From Candidatus Levyibacteriota bacterium (GTDB taxonomy: Bacteria; Patescibacteriota; Microgenomatia; Levybacterales; UBA12049): a stretch of 64,000 nucleotides of DNA. The position numbers and the translations under genes were made by a program. The DNA is taken from contig DAIDHK010000001.1 in the NCBI GenBank assembly GCA_027459725.1, positions 131,411 to 195,410 of the forward strand. Direction: 5' to 3'. The stretch's first letter is position 1. Each line of letters begins with the position of its first letter. A model generated the notes under the pieces. That model was given only the letters and a program-made list of their open reading frames with translations. It was not told the DNA's origin and made no database searches. Positions 9,795-18,904 of this stretch are shown here, in pieces.

Positions 9795-10131
9795 TCGATT
9801 ATTCGCCGACCGTTTAATTTTACAAGCGACAACATTGACTTTTATTTTCTTATTTTTAAGTGTAATTGCCATTGCAATCGCTTGGCAATACTTGCCACCT
9901 GTTGTTCCTTTATATAACCAGGCCAGCTGGGGAGACCCAAGGCTAGCCGATAAAATATTTTTGTTTCTTCCATCTTTAATAGTCCTAACAGGTGTGATAA
10001 CCAATTCGATAATTGCAAGACTTTATTTAAATTCTATGCCAATGATCGCAAGGTTTTTGACTATTACTATCACTTTTAGCGCAATTTTAGTTTTTATATT
10101 TGATATCAGAACACTACAGTTAATTATATAG
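9778..10131 (+). CDS. Small 3-4 TM membrane protein, possibly a GtrA-like polyprenyl-phosphate-sugar translocase subunit
   Basis: 117 aa, hydrophobic, wedged between the GT-C transferase and the WecA-like gene. Assignment rests on size, topology and context only. Confidence 0.3.
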   Translation: MKKTFNRLFADRLILQATTLTFIFLFLSVIAIAIAWQYLPPVVPLYNQASWGDPRLADKIFLFLPSLIVLTGVITNSIIARLYLNSMPMIARFLTITITFSAILVFIFDIRTLQLII

Positions 10132-10140
10132 TTTAAATCT

Positions 10141-11235
10141 ATGAACTCTATAACTTCTTCTTTGCTTTTTTTAGTTTTTATACCTTTATTGTTATCTTTA
10201 TTTTTTACTGGTATACTGACACCCATTTTTATCAAAATTAACACACATTTAAAATTAATTGATGATCCAAAAAAACATAAACACCCTGCAATGTTACATA
10301 ATAAAATAATACCAAGAGGCGGAGGGCTACCATATTTTTTAGGTATTTTAATTACAGCATTGTTTCTTCTGCCAATAACTCAACAGAATATAACTATTTA
10401 CATCGCCGGTGCGATTGCACTAATTGTGGGTATTATAGATGATAGAATGAATGCTGAAGGAAAGGATATCTCTCCTTATATACGTTTTCTTTTTAATATC
10501 CTTTGTGCAACTATCATTGTCTTTGGTGGAACCAATAGTACATTTATTACTAATCCACTAGGAGGTATTTTACATTTAAATATATCTTTTATTCCATATT
10601 TACCTGTTACAGTTGCTCAAATAATTTATATTATTTGGATTGTATGGGTTATGAACATTTTAAACTGGAGTAAAGGAGTGGATGGACAAATGCCAGGTAT
10701 CGTTTCTATTGCTGCCATCGTAATTGGAATTTTAAGTTTAAGGTTTTCCCTCCATGACCAGAATGTAATTACAGATACCAAATTGTCATTTATGATTGCA
10801 GGAGCCAGCATCGGTTTTTTAATTTATAACTTTCATCCAGCAAAAATTTTCCCGGGGTTTGGTACTACTTCAGTTTACTTACTTTTAGCTGCTGTATCTA
10901 TCTTATCTAGCGCCAAGCTGGCTACGGCTATATTAGTAATGGGTGTACCAATCGTTGATGCAGCATTTACCATAATACGCCGTATTTATCACAAAAGATC
11001 TCCATTTTTGCATGACCGTTTACATCTGCATCATCTGCTGCTTAACCTTGGGTATTCACAAAAGCAAATTGCGTTGTTTTACTGGGCAATATCTGCTATA
11101 TTAGGACTTGTTGCACTTACATTGCAAAGTACAAATAAATTTTTTGCTTTATTGATGCTTTTCGCAATAGTGGGTGGAGGTTTATTGTTCTTGCATTCAA
11201 TAACACAAGACAAAAATGAAAAAATTTCTCCTTGA
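10141..11235 (+). CDS. Polyprenyl-phosphate N-acetylhexosamine-1-phosphate transferase (WecA/MraY family, GT4)
   Basis: PRGGGLPYFLGIL... and IVGIIDDRMN (DD motif), the MraY/WecA fingerprints. 364 aa, about 10 TM segments. Confidence 0.8.
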   Translation: MNSITSSLLFLVFIPLLLSLFFTGILTPIFIKINTHLKLIDDPKKHKHPAMLHNKIIPRGGGLPYFLGILITALFLLPITQQNITIYIAGAIALIVGIIDDRMNAEGKDISPYIRFLFNILCATIIVFGGTNSTFITNPLGGILHLNISFIPYLPVTVAQIIYIIWIVWVMNILNWSKGVDGQMPGIVSIAAIVIGILSLRFSLHDQNVITDTKLSFMIAGASIGFLIYNFHPAKIFPGFGTTSVYLLLAAVSILSSAKLATAILVMGVPIVDAAFTIIRRIYHKRSPFLHDRLHLHHLLLNLGYSQKQIALFYWAISAILGLVALTLQSTNKFFALLMLFAIVGGGLLFLHSITQDKNEKISP

Positions 11236-12160
11236 GTCCTTAAGATTGTTACGACCAAGACAGTGGGTTAAGAACCTGGCTATATATGCTGCTCTGCTTT
11301 TCTCAAGACAGCTCTTCGATCCTCAATCATTTTTAAATGTGACACTTGGTTTTATAGCTTTTTGTAGTATATCCAGCGCAATTTATGTTATCAATGATAT
11401 TCTTGATGTAGAAAAAGATCGCCGTCATCCGTTTAAACGTTTCCGCCCATTAGCAAGTAAAGCGTTATCAATACAATACGGGATTATTCTATCGATTATT
11501 TTAATAATCTTTTCATTTACAGTCAGTTTAGCCCTCTCTTTTCCGCTTTTACTCTTAATTATTGCATTTTTGTTTTTACAATTTTTATATTCTTTCTATT
11601 TAAAGCAAATAGCTATCATGGATATTATGGTCCTAGCTACAGGTTATATCATTAGAGTATATGGGGGAGAGTTGATTACTGGTCATCATATCTCTGTCTG
11701 GCTATTTTTAACAACTATTTCACTGGCTCTATTTTTAGCAGTAGGTAAAAGAAGACGCGAACTTACACTCATTAGCGGTTATACCAATACTCAAGTTGCT
11801 TCTATCCGTAAATCACTATCTCACTATTCGGAAAGTTTACTGGACATGTATGCTGCTGTTTTTGCTACGTCTGCTTTTATTATGTACTCACTTTTTACAT
11901 CCAGCGCAAGTCCGCAGATCACTAATAATTTATTTTTACCTGATTTTTTGCCTCAACAATTTCAGCGTAAATGGCTAATGATTACAATTTTGCCGGTAGT
12001 TTATGGACTAATGCGCTATCTGCAGGATATTTACGAAAAGCATGAAGGAGAAAGTCCGGAAAAGGTCTTATTTACAGATAAACAGCTATTAGCCACTGTT
12101 CTGGTTTGGGTAATTCTGGTCATTGCAATTGTATATGGGTTGCAATATTCTCCGCAATAG
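11216..12160 (+). CDS. UbiA-family prenyl-phosphate transferase resembling decaprenyl-phosphate phosphoribosyltransferase (DPPR synthase)
   Basis: LRPRQWVKNL and INDILDVEKDRRHP (NDxxDxxxD) as in the Rv3806c-type family. 314 aa polytopic. Confidence 0.65.
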   Translation: MKKFLLESLRLLRPRQWVKNLAIYAALLFSRQLFDPQSFLNVTLGFIAFCSISSAIYVINDILDVEKDRRHPFKRFRPLASKALSIQYGIILSIILIIFSFTVSLALSFPLLLLIIAFLFLQFLYSFYLKQIAIMDIMVLATGYIIRVYGGELITGHHISVWLFLTTISLALFLAVGKRRRELTLISGYTNTQVASIRKSLSHYSESLLDMYAAVFATSAFIMYSLFTSSASPQITNNLFLPDFLPQQFQRKWLMITILPVVYGLMRYLQDIYEKHEGESPEKVLFTDKQLLATVLVWVILVIAIVYGLQYSPQ

Positions 12161-12171
12161 CTAATCTATTA

Positions 12172-13038
12172 CTAATCATTTTTTTGTGCATATTGTGAAC
12201 TTATCCACCCAATTTTGTCATCTGGTAACTTAACCTCATACCATCCATTTTTTTCATCCAAAAGATATAAGCTATCACCCGGCTTTACCTGTTCAACTTC
12301 TGCGCTGTCTATATTGGCATCAGCTCGTACGCGCAAAAAACCTGTTGGGGTATCTAATATAGTAACCTTTGCCACCACAGGTGAAGGAGAAAGCTGTGCA
12401 GATGATGATGCATTCTCACTCGCACTACCGGATGCAGGTATTGGCTGATTAGACGCAGCTAAATAAATTGTCGCTTGCAGAATATATCCATTCGGGGTAT
12501 TTATATGTAGTATTTTATCAACGTAACCGTTTTTTTGTACTACTAATTTATGATCCGAAGCTGTCGGATTGTTATATGATAGAGGGGTATTACCTATAGA
12601 ATTATCATCAAGCAGCACATTAGCAGAGCTGGGGAAAGATGTAACCAAAAGCGAGCTACTATTAGAATTGTTTGCAGGATTTAACTCCAGAACGCTTCCG
12701 CTGGATTGTCCCGGGGGGCCAAAAGTGTAATCAACTACTGTCAAAACTCCCTTTCCTATTGAAATATGCTCAGCAAATGGAGCACTGCTCCCCTGCTTAG
12801 GGACAAGAGAAATGATGTAATTACCAACAGGCAGTACATTGCCGCTTTTGGAACTCTCACAACGACAAATTGGAGTATCACCTATATATTTGTTATTCAG
12901 ATATACCTTAGAAACCGGTTGACTCGTTATCTGTAGCTCTCCAGTACTATAGCCCTGCCCGAAGAAAAACTGCATGGTAAAGAAAATTGCCGCTGTTATG
13001 AGTAATGATAGAAGTAAAACTAGAACCGCTTTTTTCAT
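12172..13038 (-). CDS. Secreted protein with C-terminal bacterial SH3 (SH3b) domain
   Basis: N-terminal signal/TM (MKKAVLVLLLSLLITAAIFF). The C-terminal ...GDSLYLLDEKNGWYEVKLPDDKIGWISSQYAQ is SH3b-like. The middle may be PEGA-like. Confidence 0.5.
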   Translation of the reverse strand: MKKAVLVLLLSLLITAAIFFTMQFFFGQGYSTGELQITSQPVSKVYLNNKYIGDTPICRCESSKSGNVLPVGNYIISLVPKQGSSAPFAEHISIGKGVLTVVDYTFGPPGQSSGSVLELNPANNSNSSSLLVTSFPSSANVLLDDNSIGNTPLSYNNPTASDHKLVVQKNGYVDKILHINTPNGYILQATIYLAASNQPIPASGSASENASSSAQLSPSPVVAKVTILDTPTGFLRVRADANIDSAEVEQVKPGDSLYLLDEKNGWYEVKLPDDKIGWISSQYAQKND

Positions 13039-13127
13039 AAATATGATTTATATATTTAAACTAAATTAGAAGCTCTATCAACTATATCATGGAAGAAAAC
13101 TTAGGATCAAGGAATTCAAATATATTA

Positions 13128-15014
13128 TCATTCCCAGAGTGCGAAACGTTTACTAATCTTCTCTACTTCTTCATTATCACCAAAAAATCCAACCGCATAC
13201 AATTCAATGTCTTTTTCGTCCTGTTCTTCTATCATTTTGCCTAACTTTGTATCATCGGTTGTTTCAATCATATCTTTATTAAATGCCAGATGTAACATTC
13301 TTTTGTTTTCTACTTCCTGCAAAACATCATGTAACTCTGATTCGCTGGCAACTAATATGATTATGGCATATTGAGAATTACGCGGGAGATCTTTACCGTC
13401 TTTAGTAATAAAATATTCACCAGTTCCAAAATTTACTCCCATTTTATTTCCCAAATATGCGCCTACGTGAGCAGTTGCATTCATCGCCTTCCAGGAAGGT
13501 AAATCTTTACGCACAATTACTGCTGCTTTATGGGAGAAATCCTGTTTTCCAGAGTGCTGTCCTTCGTTTTTTACTTTTTGTCCTTCATCTTGTTTCATGG
13601 TTGGAAAGAATACCATTTCACGAACCGGTTTATCTACGAGCATACTAAATAATCTTTCTGAAATACCAAAACCGGCAGCTGGAGGCATACCATACTCTAA
13701 CGCTTCCACATAGTCCTCGTCCATCATCTGTGCTTCTTCATCTCCTGCCTCACGCAGTCTCATCTGCTCTTCAAATCTTTGCTTCTGGTCAATGGGATCA
13801 TTTAGTTCAGAAAATCCTTTACCCAGCTCTGAACCCATTGCTAAAATCTGTGTTCGCTCAACTAAATTTTCTCTGCCCGGAATACGTTTGGCAAGTGGTT
13901 CTACTTCTACCGGATGATTCATAACAAACATAGGCTGAATAAGTTGGGGACGGATAGTTTTTTTATATAAATAATCAAGCAATCTACCTTTACCCAAGTT
14001 AGGTTCAACCTGAATATGCAGTTTATCAGCTAAACGATACAAATCTTCAATGGTCATTTTCTCTGTATCTACCTGCCAATGCTCATTTAACAAATCTAGG
14101 TATTCTTTACGCGGCCACTTTCCGGACCAGTTAATCGTTTGTCCCTGCCAACTTGTTTGCAAACCAGCAAAAGTTGTTTTAATAACAGTTTGGTACATAT
14201 CCTGCAAAAAATCCATCAACTGATTATAGTCCGCATATGCCCAATAAAATTCCAACTGTGTATAATCCTGTAGATGTTCATCATCAATGCCTTCATTACG
14301 AAAGATTCTGCCAATTTCAAATACTTTTTCAAACCCACCTACCAATAAACGCTTAAGTGGTAATTCTAGCGAAATTCGAAGATATAAATCCATATCCTGT
14401 GCATTATGATGAGTTATGAATGGTCGGGCATCCGCACCTCCCGGAATTGATTGTAGAACAGGTGTCTCAACTTCTAAAAAACCATTATCAATAAGATACT
14501 GACGCATACTTTGCCAGAAAATTGTTTTCTTTTTAAATAACTCACGTAATTCCGGGTGCATTAATAAATCAAGATAGCGTTTACGCAACAGTACTTCTTT
14601 ATTTTTTATATCGTAAAATTCACTTGGTAAGGGTAATAGTGCTTTGGTCAGTAAGGTAAAACTAGTAGGAGCGATTGAGATTTCCCCTGCCATTGTTTTT
14701 ACCACTTCACCCTCAACTCCAATATAATCTCCAATATCTAATAAGTTTAGATTTTTATATAAATCTCCCAACAGTTTTTTTTGAAAAAAAATTTGAATTT
14801 TACCTGTCTCGTCCTTTAAATCGGCAAAGGCGATATTGCCATGTGTACGAAAAGAATATAGTTTACCAGCTGTCTTAACAGATCTACCTTCCATCTGCAA
14901 ACACTGAAAAACTGTCTGCTGCCTATCATATTTATGTATATAAGGATCCCATCCAATTTCCCTGATCCTGGCTAGTTTATCAATTCTTGCCTGTTTAAAG
15001 TTTACTTCATCCAT
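13128..15014 (-). CDS. lysS: Lysyl-tRNA synthetase (class II) with about 130-aa C-terminal PTH2/DUF2000-like extension
   Basis: N-terminal OB anticodon-binding domain and class II core (motifs up to ...FFPTMKQ at about residue 470), then a linker. The final roughly 130 aa (VIVRKDLPSWKAMNATAHVGA ... AVGFFGDNEEVEKISKRFAL) align by eye with the peptidyl-tRNA hydrolase 2 fold (VxVRxDL..GK.AAQ.xHA ... GIGPxP....ITGxLKL). Confidence 0.85.
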   Translation of the reverse strand: MDEVNFKQARIDKLARIREIGWDPYIHKYDRQQTVFQCLQMEGRSVKTAGKLYSFRTHGNIAFADLKDETGKIQIFFQKKLLGDLYKNLNLLDIGDYIGVEGEVVKTMAGEISIAPTSFTLLTKALLPLPSEFYDIKNKEVLLRKRYLDLLMHPELRELFKKKTIFWQSMRQYLIDNGFLEVETPVLQSIPGGADARPFITHHNAQDMDLYLRISLELPLKRLLVGGFEKVFEIGRIFRNEGIDDEHLQDYTQLEFYWAYADYNQLMDFLQDMYQTVIKTTFAGLQTSWQGQTINWSGKWPRKEYLDLLNEHWQVDTEKMTIEDLYRLADKLHIQVEPNLGKGRLLDYLYKKTIRPQLIQPMFVMNHPVEVEPLAKRIPGRENLVERTQILAMGSELGKGFSELNDPIDQKQRFEEQMRLREAGDEEAQMMDEDYVEALEYGMPPAAGFGISERLFSMLVDKPVREMVFFPTMKQDEGQKVKNEGQHSGKQDFSHKAAVIVRKDLPSWKAMNATAHVGAYLGNKMGVNFGTGEYFITKDGKDLPRNSQYAIIILVASESELHDVLQEVENKRMLHLAFNKDMIETTDDTKLGKMIEEQDEKDIELYAVGFFGDNEEVEKISKRFALWE

Positions 15015-15058
15015 AGCTGTATTGTAGCTTATTTTCTATTAACTAACAATTTTCAAAT

Positions 15059-15676
15059 CTAAAATTCTATTTTTTCTGAGCAGACAAATTGCAGACCTGT
15101 TTCAGAGTGATAGTATAACTGGTAATAATCAGCAAAATCCTTAAAATTACAAATAGAATAAATCTTATTGCCATCTGCTAGCCCTACATTTAAGGCAAAG
15201 ATTTCTCTACTATTATCTTTTAATATTTTTTTTAAATTTTCTAATGCTTTTTGGGGGGAGTTATTAACCAGTTCGTTTTTTAATAAATTCCAAATCTTCT
15301 CGGCTCCAATTTTTCCTCTTATATTAAGCGACACACCACGAAGAAGCCCATTAAAAACAAAAGCGTAACTGCCTTGTATATATGGCTGGTTAAAATCAAT
15401 ATTATTTTTGTGTTTTGCAAAAGACGCGCTTCTTGCATGAACTACGAACATATTACTGTTTGGTATTATCTCAAATAGATCTCTGTCCTGCCAAATTGGA
15501 TTTAGTGATTTAAACACCCGCCATTTTTTATCCTTATCAATCCATGCCACTCCCCATCCATCAGCTTGTCTGTCACCGTCCGGAGCCATGCTTTTTTCAG
15601 CTAAATCGGCAAACCTGTTTAAAATTACTGTTGACTCATTATTATTTTTTGATTGAATGAGTAGAAATCTACACAT
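15059..15676 (-). CDS. Class II glutamine amidotransferase-like Ntn hydrolase (YafJ/EgtC type), last gene of the LysW operon
   Basis: Begins MCRFLL (Cys2 nucleophile directly after Met). 205 aa, stand-alone. Start lies 4 nt after the lysJ stop. Confidence 0.6.
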   Translation of the reverse strand: MCRFLLIQSKNNNESTVILNRFADLAEKSMAPDGDRQADGWGVAWIDKDKKWRVFKSLNPIWQDRDLFEIIPNSNMFVVHARSASFAKHKNNIDFNQPYIQGSYAFVFNGLLRGVSLNIRGKIGAEKIWNLLKNELVNNSPQKALENLKKILKDNSREIFALNVGLADGNKIYSICNFKDFADYYQLYYHSETGLQFVCSEKIEF

Positions 15677-15679
15677 ATC

Positions 15680-16843
15680 TTAATCTAAATTTTCAATTAT
15701 TTTATTTAAACTTCTTATCATTAAATCAATATGTCTTTTTTGAATAATATACGAGGGTAGAAATCTTATTACGTCATCTCCTGCAGGAATGACCAGAATT
15801 TTTTCATCCTGCAACTGTTTCATGATTTTATTCCTAATGTCTTTTTTTACTACCAGTCCGATCATTAAGCCCTTACCCCTTACCGCTAATATTCTGTTGT
15901 TTTTTATTAAAGATAGCTCCTTCAAGAGATACAGTCCGTTATTTTTAACTTTAGTTAATGTTTTCTTATCAAGTAAATCGAGTGTGGCCATAATTCCGGC
16001 ACAAGCCAGTGGATTTCCCCCAAATGTCGAACTATGAATATGCTTAGGTACCAAATTTGCCACCACATCTGTAACAATCGTAGCACCGATTGGAATGCCC
16101 CCAGCTAATCCTTTGCCCAAGCATAAAATATCACCTGCAATTCCACCACTGGCAATAAATTTTCCAGTTCTGCCCATACCTGTTTGAATTTCATCGATGA
16201 TTAACATAATTTTTTTCGATTTGCAAATCTTTGAAATATTAATTAAAAAATTATCATCAGGGACATGGATACCTCCCTCTCCCTGAATCGGTTCTATAAT
16301 AAAACCTGCTGTATTTTCATCAATTACATTATTTAAGCTTTCAATATCATTGAATGGTATACTGACAAAATCCCACAATAATGGCATGAAGGGTTGTTTA
16401 TACCTTTCACCCGAAGTTGCAGAAAGTGCCCCCAATGTTTTTCCATGATAACCATGGTCACAAACGATAAATTTTTTCTTACCTGTTGACAGCACTGCAA
16501 ATTTTAATGCAGTTTCAATTGCCTCTGCTCCTGAGTTACTGAAATAAACTTGTGTATAATCATTGCCGCACTTATTTACCAGACGAGCTGCCGCACGCGC
16601 TCTCGTTTCATTAGTAAAACTTGCATGTAACGTAGTCAGTTTATTTATCTGATCAATCAGTGCTCTATTAATCCTCAGATTATTGTAACCTAAAATATTC
16701 ACTCCGTAATTTGTCATGAAATCTAAATATTGATTATCGTTCTCATCATAAAGATATACCCCTTTACCAAGCCTTAAGGATAGCTTTCTGTCAATATATG
16801 TATTGACTAAATAATTTTTCTGTAAAAACCCACTGATGTTCAT
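15680..16843 (-). CDS. lysJ: Class III PLP aminotransferase, LysJ/ArgD type (acetylornithine / LysW-semialdehyde aminotransferase)
   Basis: 387 aa, acetylornithine-aminotransferase-like N-terminus (YLDFMTNYGVNILGYNN). Directly follows lysZ. Confidence 0.8.
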   Translation of the reverse strand: MNISGFLQKNYLVNTYIDRKLSLRLGKGVYLYDENDNQYLDFMTNYGVNILGYNNLRINRALIDQINKLTTLHASFTNETRARAAARLVNKCGNDYTQVYFSNSGAEAIETALKFAVLSTGKKKFIVCDHGYHGKTLGALSATSGERYKQPFMPLLWDFVSIPFNDIESLNNVIDENTAGFIIEPIQGEGGIHVPDDNFLINISKICKSKKIMLIIDEIQTGMGRTGKFIASGGIAGDILCLGKGLAGGIPIGATIVTDVVANLVPKHIHSSTFGGNPLACAGIMATLDLLDKKTLTKVKNNGLYLLKELSLIKNNRILAVRGKGLMIGLVVKKDIRNKIMKQLQDEKILVIPAGDDVIRFLPSYIIQKRHIDLMIRSLNKIIENLD

Positions 16844-17647
16844 TTAACTAATTACTGTACCTCCACCTTCTAATATTTTAACTATTGGATGAACAATCCT
16901 CCCATCTCCCCAATACATTTTTTTTAGGCCATATGTAAATGCTTTTTCTGCTCCCAGCAATTTCTTTTTCATTCTTCCTTTAGCAAATTGCATATAATTA
17001 TTAAGTTCAGCTCTGTCAATTTTTTTAATTAAACTACACGGATCATCTGCATCACGAAGTAAACCGGGCGCAGCAAAAAGTGATATCATTTTTTTAATTT
17101 TTAAATCCCTAATCATTACTGCTGCTGCAAAGTCATTATCTGTATTAACAATTTCGTTTTCATTACTTATGGCCGGCGGACAAACTACAGGTATATACTT
17201 ATTACCCAACAATAGTAATAATAAACGAGTATTTACCTTTTCTACTTTCCCAGTTAGATTATCAGTTATGAGTTTTGTCTTGCCATTCTCAACTGAGTAT
17301 ACGAAATTCTTTCTACTGGCTTCCCATAATCTACCATCCACTCCAGTTAATCCAACTGCATTTACCCCATATTTTTGCAAGGTTACGACAAGTCTTTTGT
17401 TGATCAGTCCAGCATAAGTCATCAGAAAAATATCAATAGCTTCATCGTTTGTGTAAATGCTACTTACCCCAGAAGGTGAGTGCAAAACTTTACTTGGAGC
17501 TTTTAACTTTTTAGCGATTTCATCTCTTGTCTCACTTGCTCCATGGATGATGATTATTCGTTCTTTATTTTTCAACAAATCAGATATATCCCTGCAGATA
17601 GCATCAATATTAAGATTTTTGCCCCCACCTATTTTAATTAAAACCAT
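16844..17647 (-). CDS. lysZ: Amino-acid kinase family protein, LysZ/ArgB type ([LysW]-aminoadipate/glutamate kinase)
   Basis: MVLIKIGGG...IIIIHGASE...GLTGVDG kinase fingerprints. 267 aa. Confidence 0.8.
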   Translation of the reverse strand: MVLIKIGGGKNLNIDAICRDISDLLKNKERIIIIHGASETRDEIAKKLKAPSKVLHSPSGVSSIYTNDEAIDIFLMTYAGLINKRLVVTLQKYGVNAVGLTGVDGRLWEASRKNFVYSVENGKTKLITDNLTGKVEKVNTRLLLLLLGNKYIPVVCPPAISNENEIVNTDNDFAAAVMIRDLKIKKMISLFAAPGLLRDADDPCSLIKKIDRAELNNYMQFAKGRMKKKLLGAEKAFTYGLKKMYWGDGRIVHPIVKILEGGGTVIS

Positions 17648-17652
17648 AATCT

Positions 17653-18900
17653 TTAAGAAACCTGTTTCATTGCCTTTTCTTTATACTCTTCACCTATATG
17701 ATAACGATTAGCAACTTCCCAAAGTATAGACTCACAGGTATTATCTTTACCCATACGGCAAGACTCATCTTTATAGATATTGGTAATTACCTTTGCAAGA
17801 GTATCACTTACTCTATAGCCATGTCCTAATAAATAGCTTTGCACATGATGCCATCCGCTATAAGGATTAAGCACAAACTGATTCTCAGGAACTCCAAACA
17901 CCGATAGATCCACTGAACGATAAGCATTAGGATTTTTCATTACTGCATCTGTATGTACACCTGCACAATGTGTAGCATTGTCTTGGGAAACTAATTCTGA
18001 TTCTGGAACAGGAACTTTCAAAATATTACTCATAAGTTGATTTAAGTTGAAGATAAGTTTTAGATTAAAGCTTCTAAGCAAATTGGGATTAAATTCATAA
18101 AGTCTAAGTAATAAATTTCCAAAGGATGTTATTCCTGTCCGTTCTGCCCAACCCCATATTGATGTGTCAATCAGTGACATCCCTGCTTTTGCAGCTATTA
18201 GTGAATTATGCAACGATTCGCCTCTATCATTATGAAAATGTCCCTCCAAGTACTTATTCGGATAACGAGTTTGCATCTCTTTTATAACCTTTTTTATAGT
18301 TTCTTCCGTAGCAACTCCCACTGTGTCAGGAATTCCAAATGTATTTACATAAGGTTCAGCTGCATCAAATGCCAGTTGTCTATCAAGTGGATCTGACCTG
18401 AAGGCATCTTCAGTACTATAACGGATATATAATCCAGGATATGAGGAGCGAACTTCCCGTAAGGTTCTTCCCACTCTATCTGCAACTTCGGCAGGACTTT
18501 TCTGATGTCCGGCATATTGGGCTACCCCCATATAAACATGTATTCCGTCAACACCTCCCTCAATAGCTGAATTTATATCGTCTTCGTGACAACGAACGTG
18601 GGCATTTATTCTTGGCCTTTGTCCTTCAGGATAGCTATCCGCGAGCAGACGAACAGCCGCCAAACTCTCCCGTTCAAGACCGTTCACATTAGGTGAGAAA
18701 ACCTCAAAATTGCGTACACCTATATCATACATTGCACTAACCAGTCTTAACCTCTCATCAATATTAAGGGTTGGCCTTCCAAAATATCTTCTACTCTGTA
18801 AACCATCTCTGAGGGTTGTATCAATATTAGTTATATATTCCCCATTTACTTTGCCCGATGTTGGAAAGATTTCTGGTGATCCTGTTTCTTTTATTCTCAT
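17653..18900 (-). CDS. DRE-TIM metallolyase of the homocitrate/2-isopropylmalate/citramalate synthase family
   Basis: IDTTLRDGLQS near the N-terminus and HFHNDRG (HxHNDxG) metal-binding motif. The GFP-like segment (FSPNVNGLERESLAAV) follows the LeuA/HCS pattern. No regulatory C-domain (415 aa). Confidence 0.7.
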   Translation of the reverse strand: MRIKETGSPEIFPTSGKVNGEYITNIDTTLRDGLQSRRYFGRPTLNIDERLRLVSAMYDIGVRNFEVFSPNVNGLERESLAAVRLLADSYPEGQRPRINAHVRCHEDDINSAIEGGVDGIHVYMGVAQYAGHQKSPAEVADRVGRTLREVRSSYPGLYIRYSTEDAFRSDPLDRQLAFDAAEPYVNTFGIPDTVGVATEETIKKVIKEMQTRYPNKYLEGHFHNDRGESLHNSLIAAKAGMSLIDTSIWGWAERTGITSFGNLLLRLYEFNPNLLRSFNLKLIFNLNQLMSNILKVPVPESELVSQDNATHCAGVHTDAVMKNPNAYRSVDLSVFGVPENQFVLNPYSGWHHVQSYLLGHGYRVSDTLAKVITNIYKDESCRMGKDNTCESILWEVANRYHIGEEYKEKAMKQVS

Positions 18901-18904
18901 AATT

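Noticed and set aside
17653-18900. Annotating the DRE-TIM enzyme as HMG-CoA lyase because of the RDGLQ variant of the RDGEQ motif.
   Set aside because: The HxHNDxG metal motif and the GFP-like segment after the first helix follow the isopropylmalate/homocitrate/citramalate synthase pattern rather than HMG-CoA lyase (HxHDTYG). Left as an IPMS/HCS-family enzyme of unresolved specificity.
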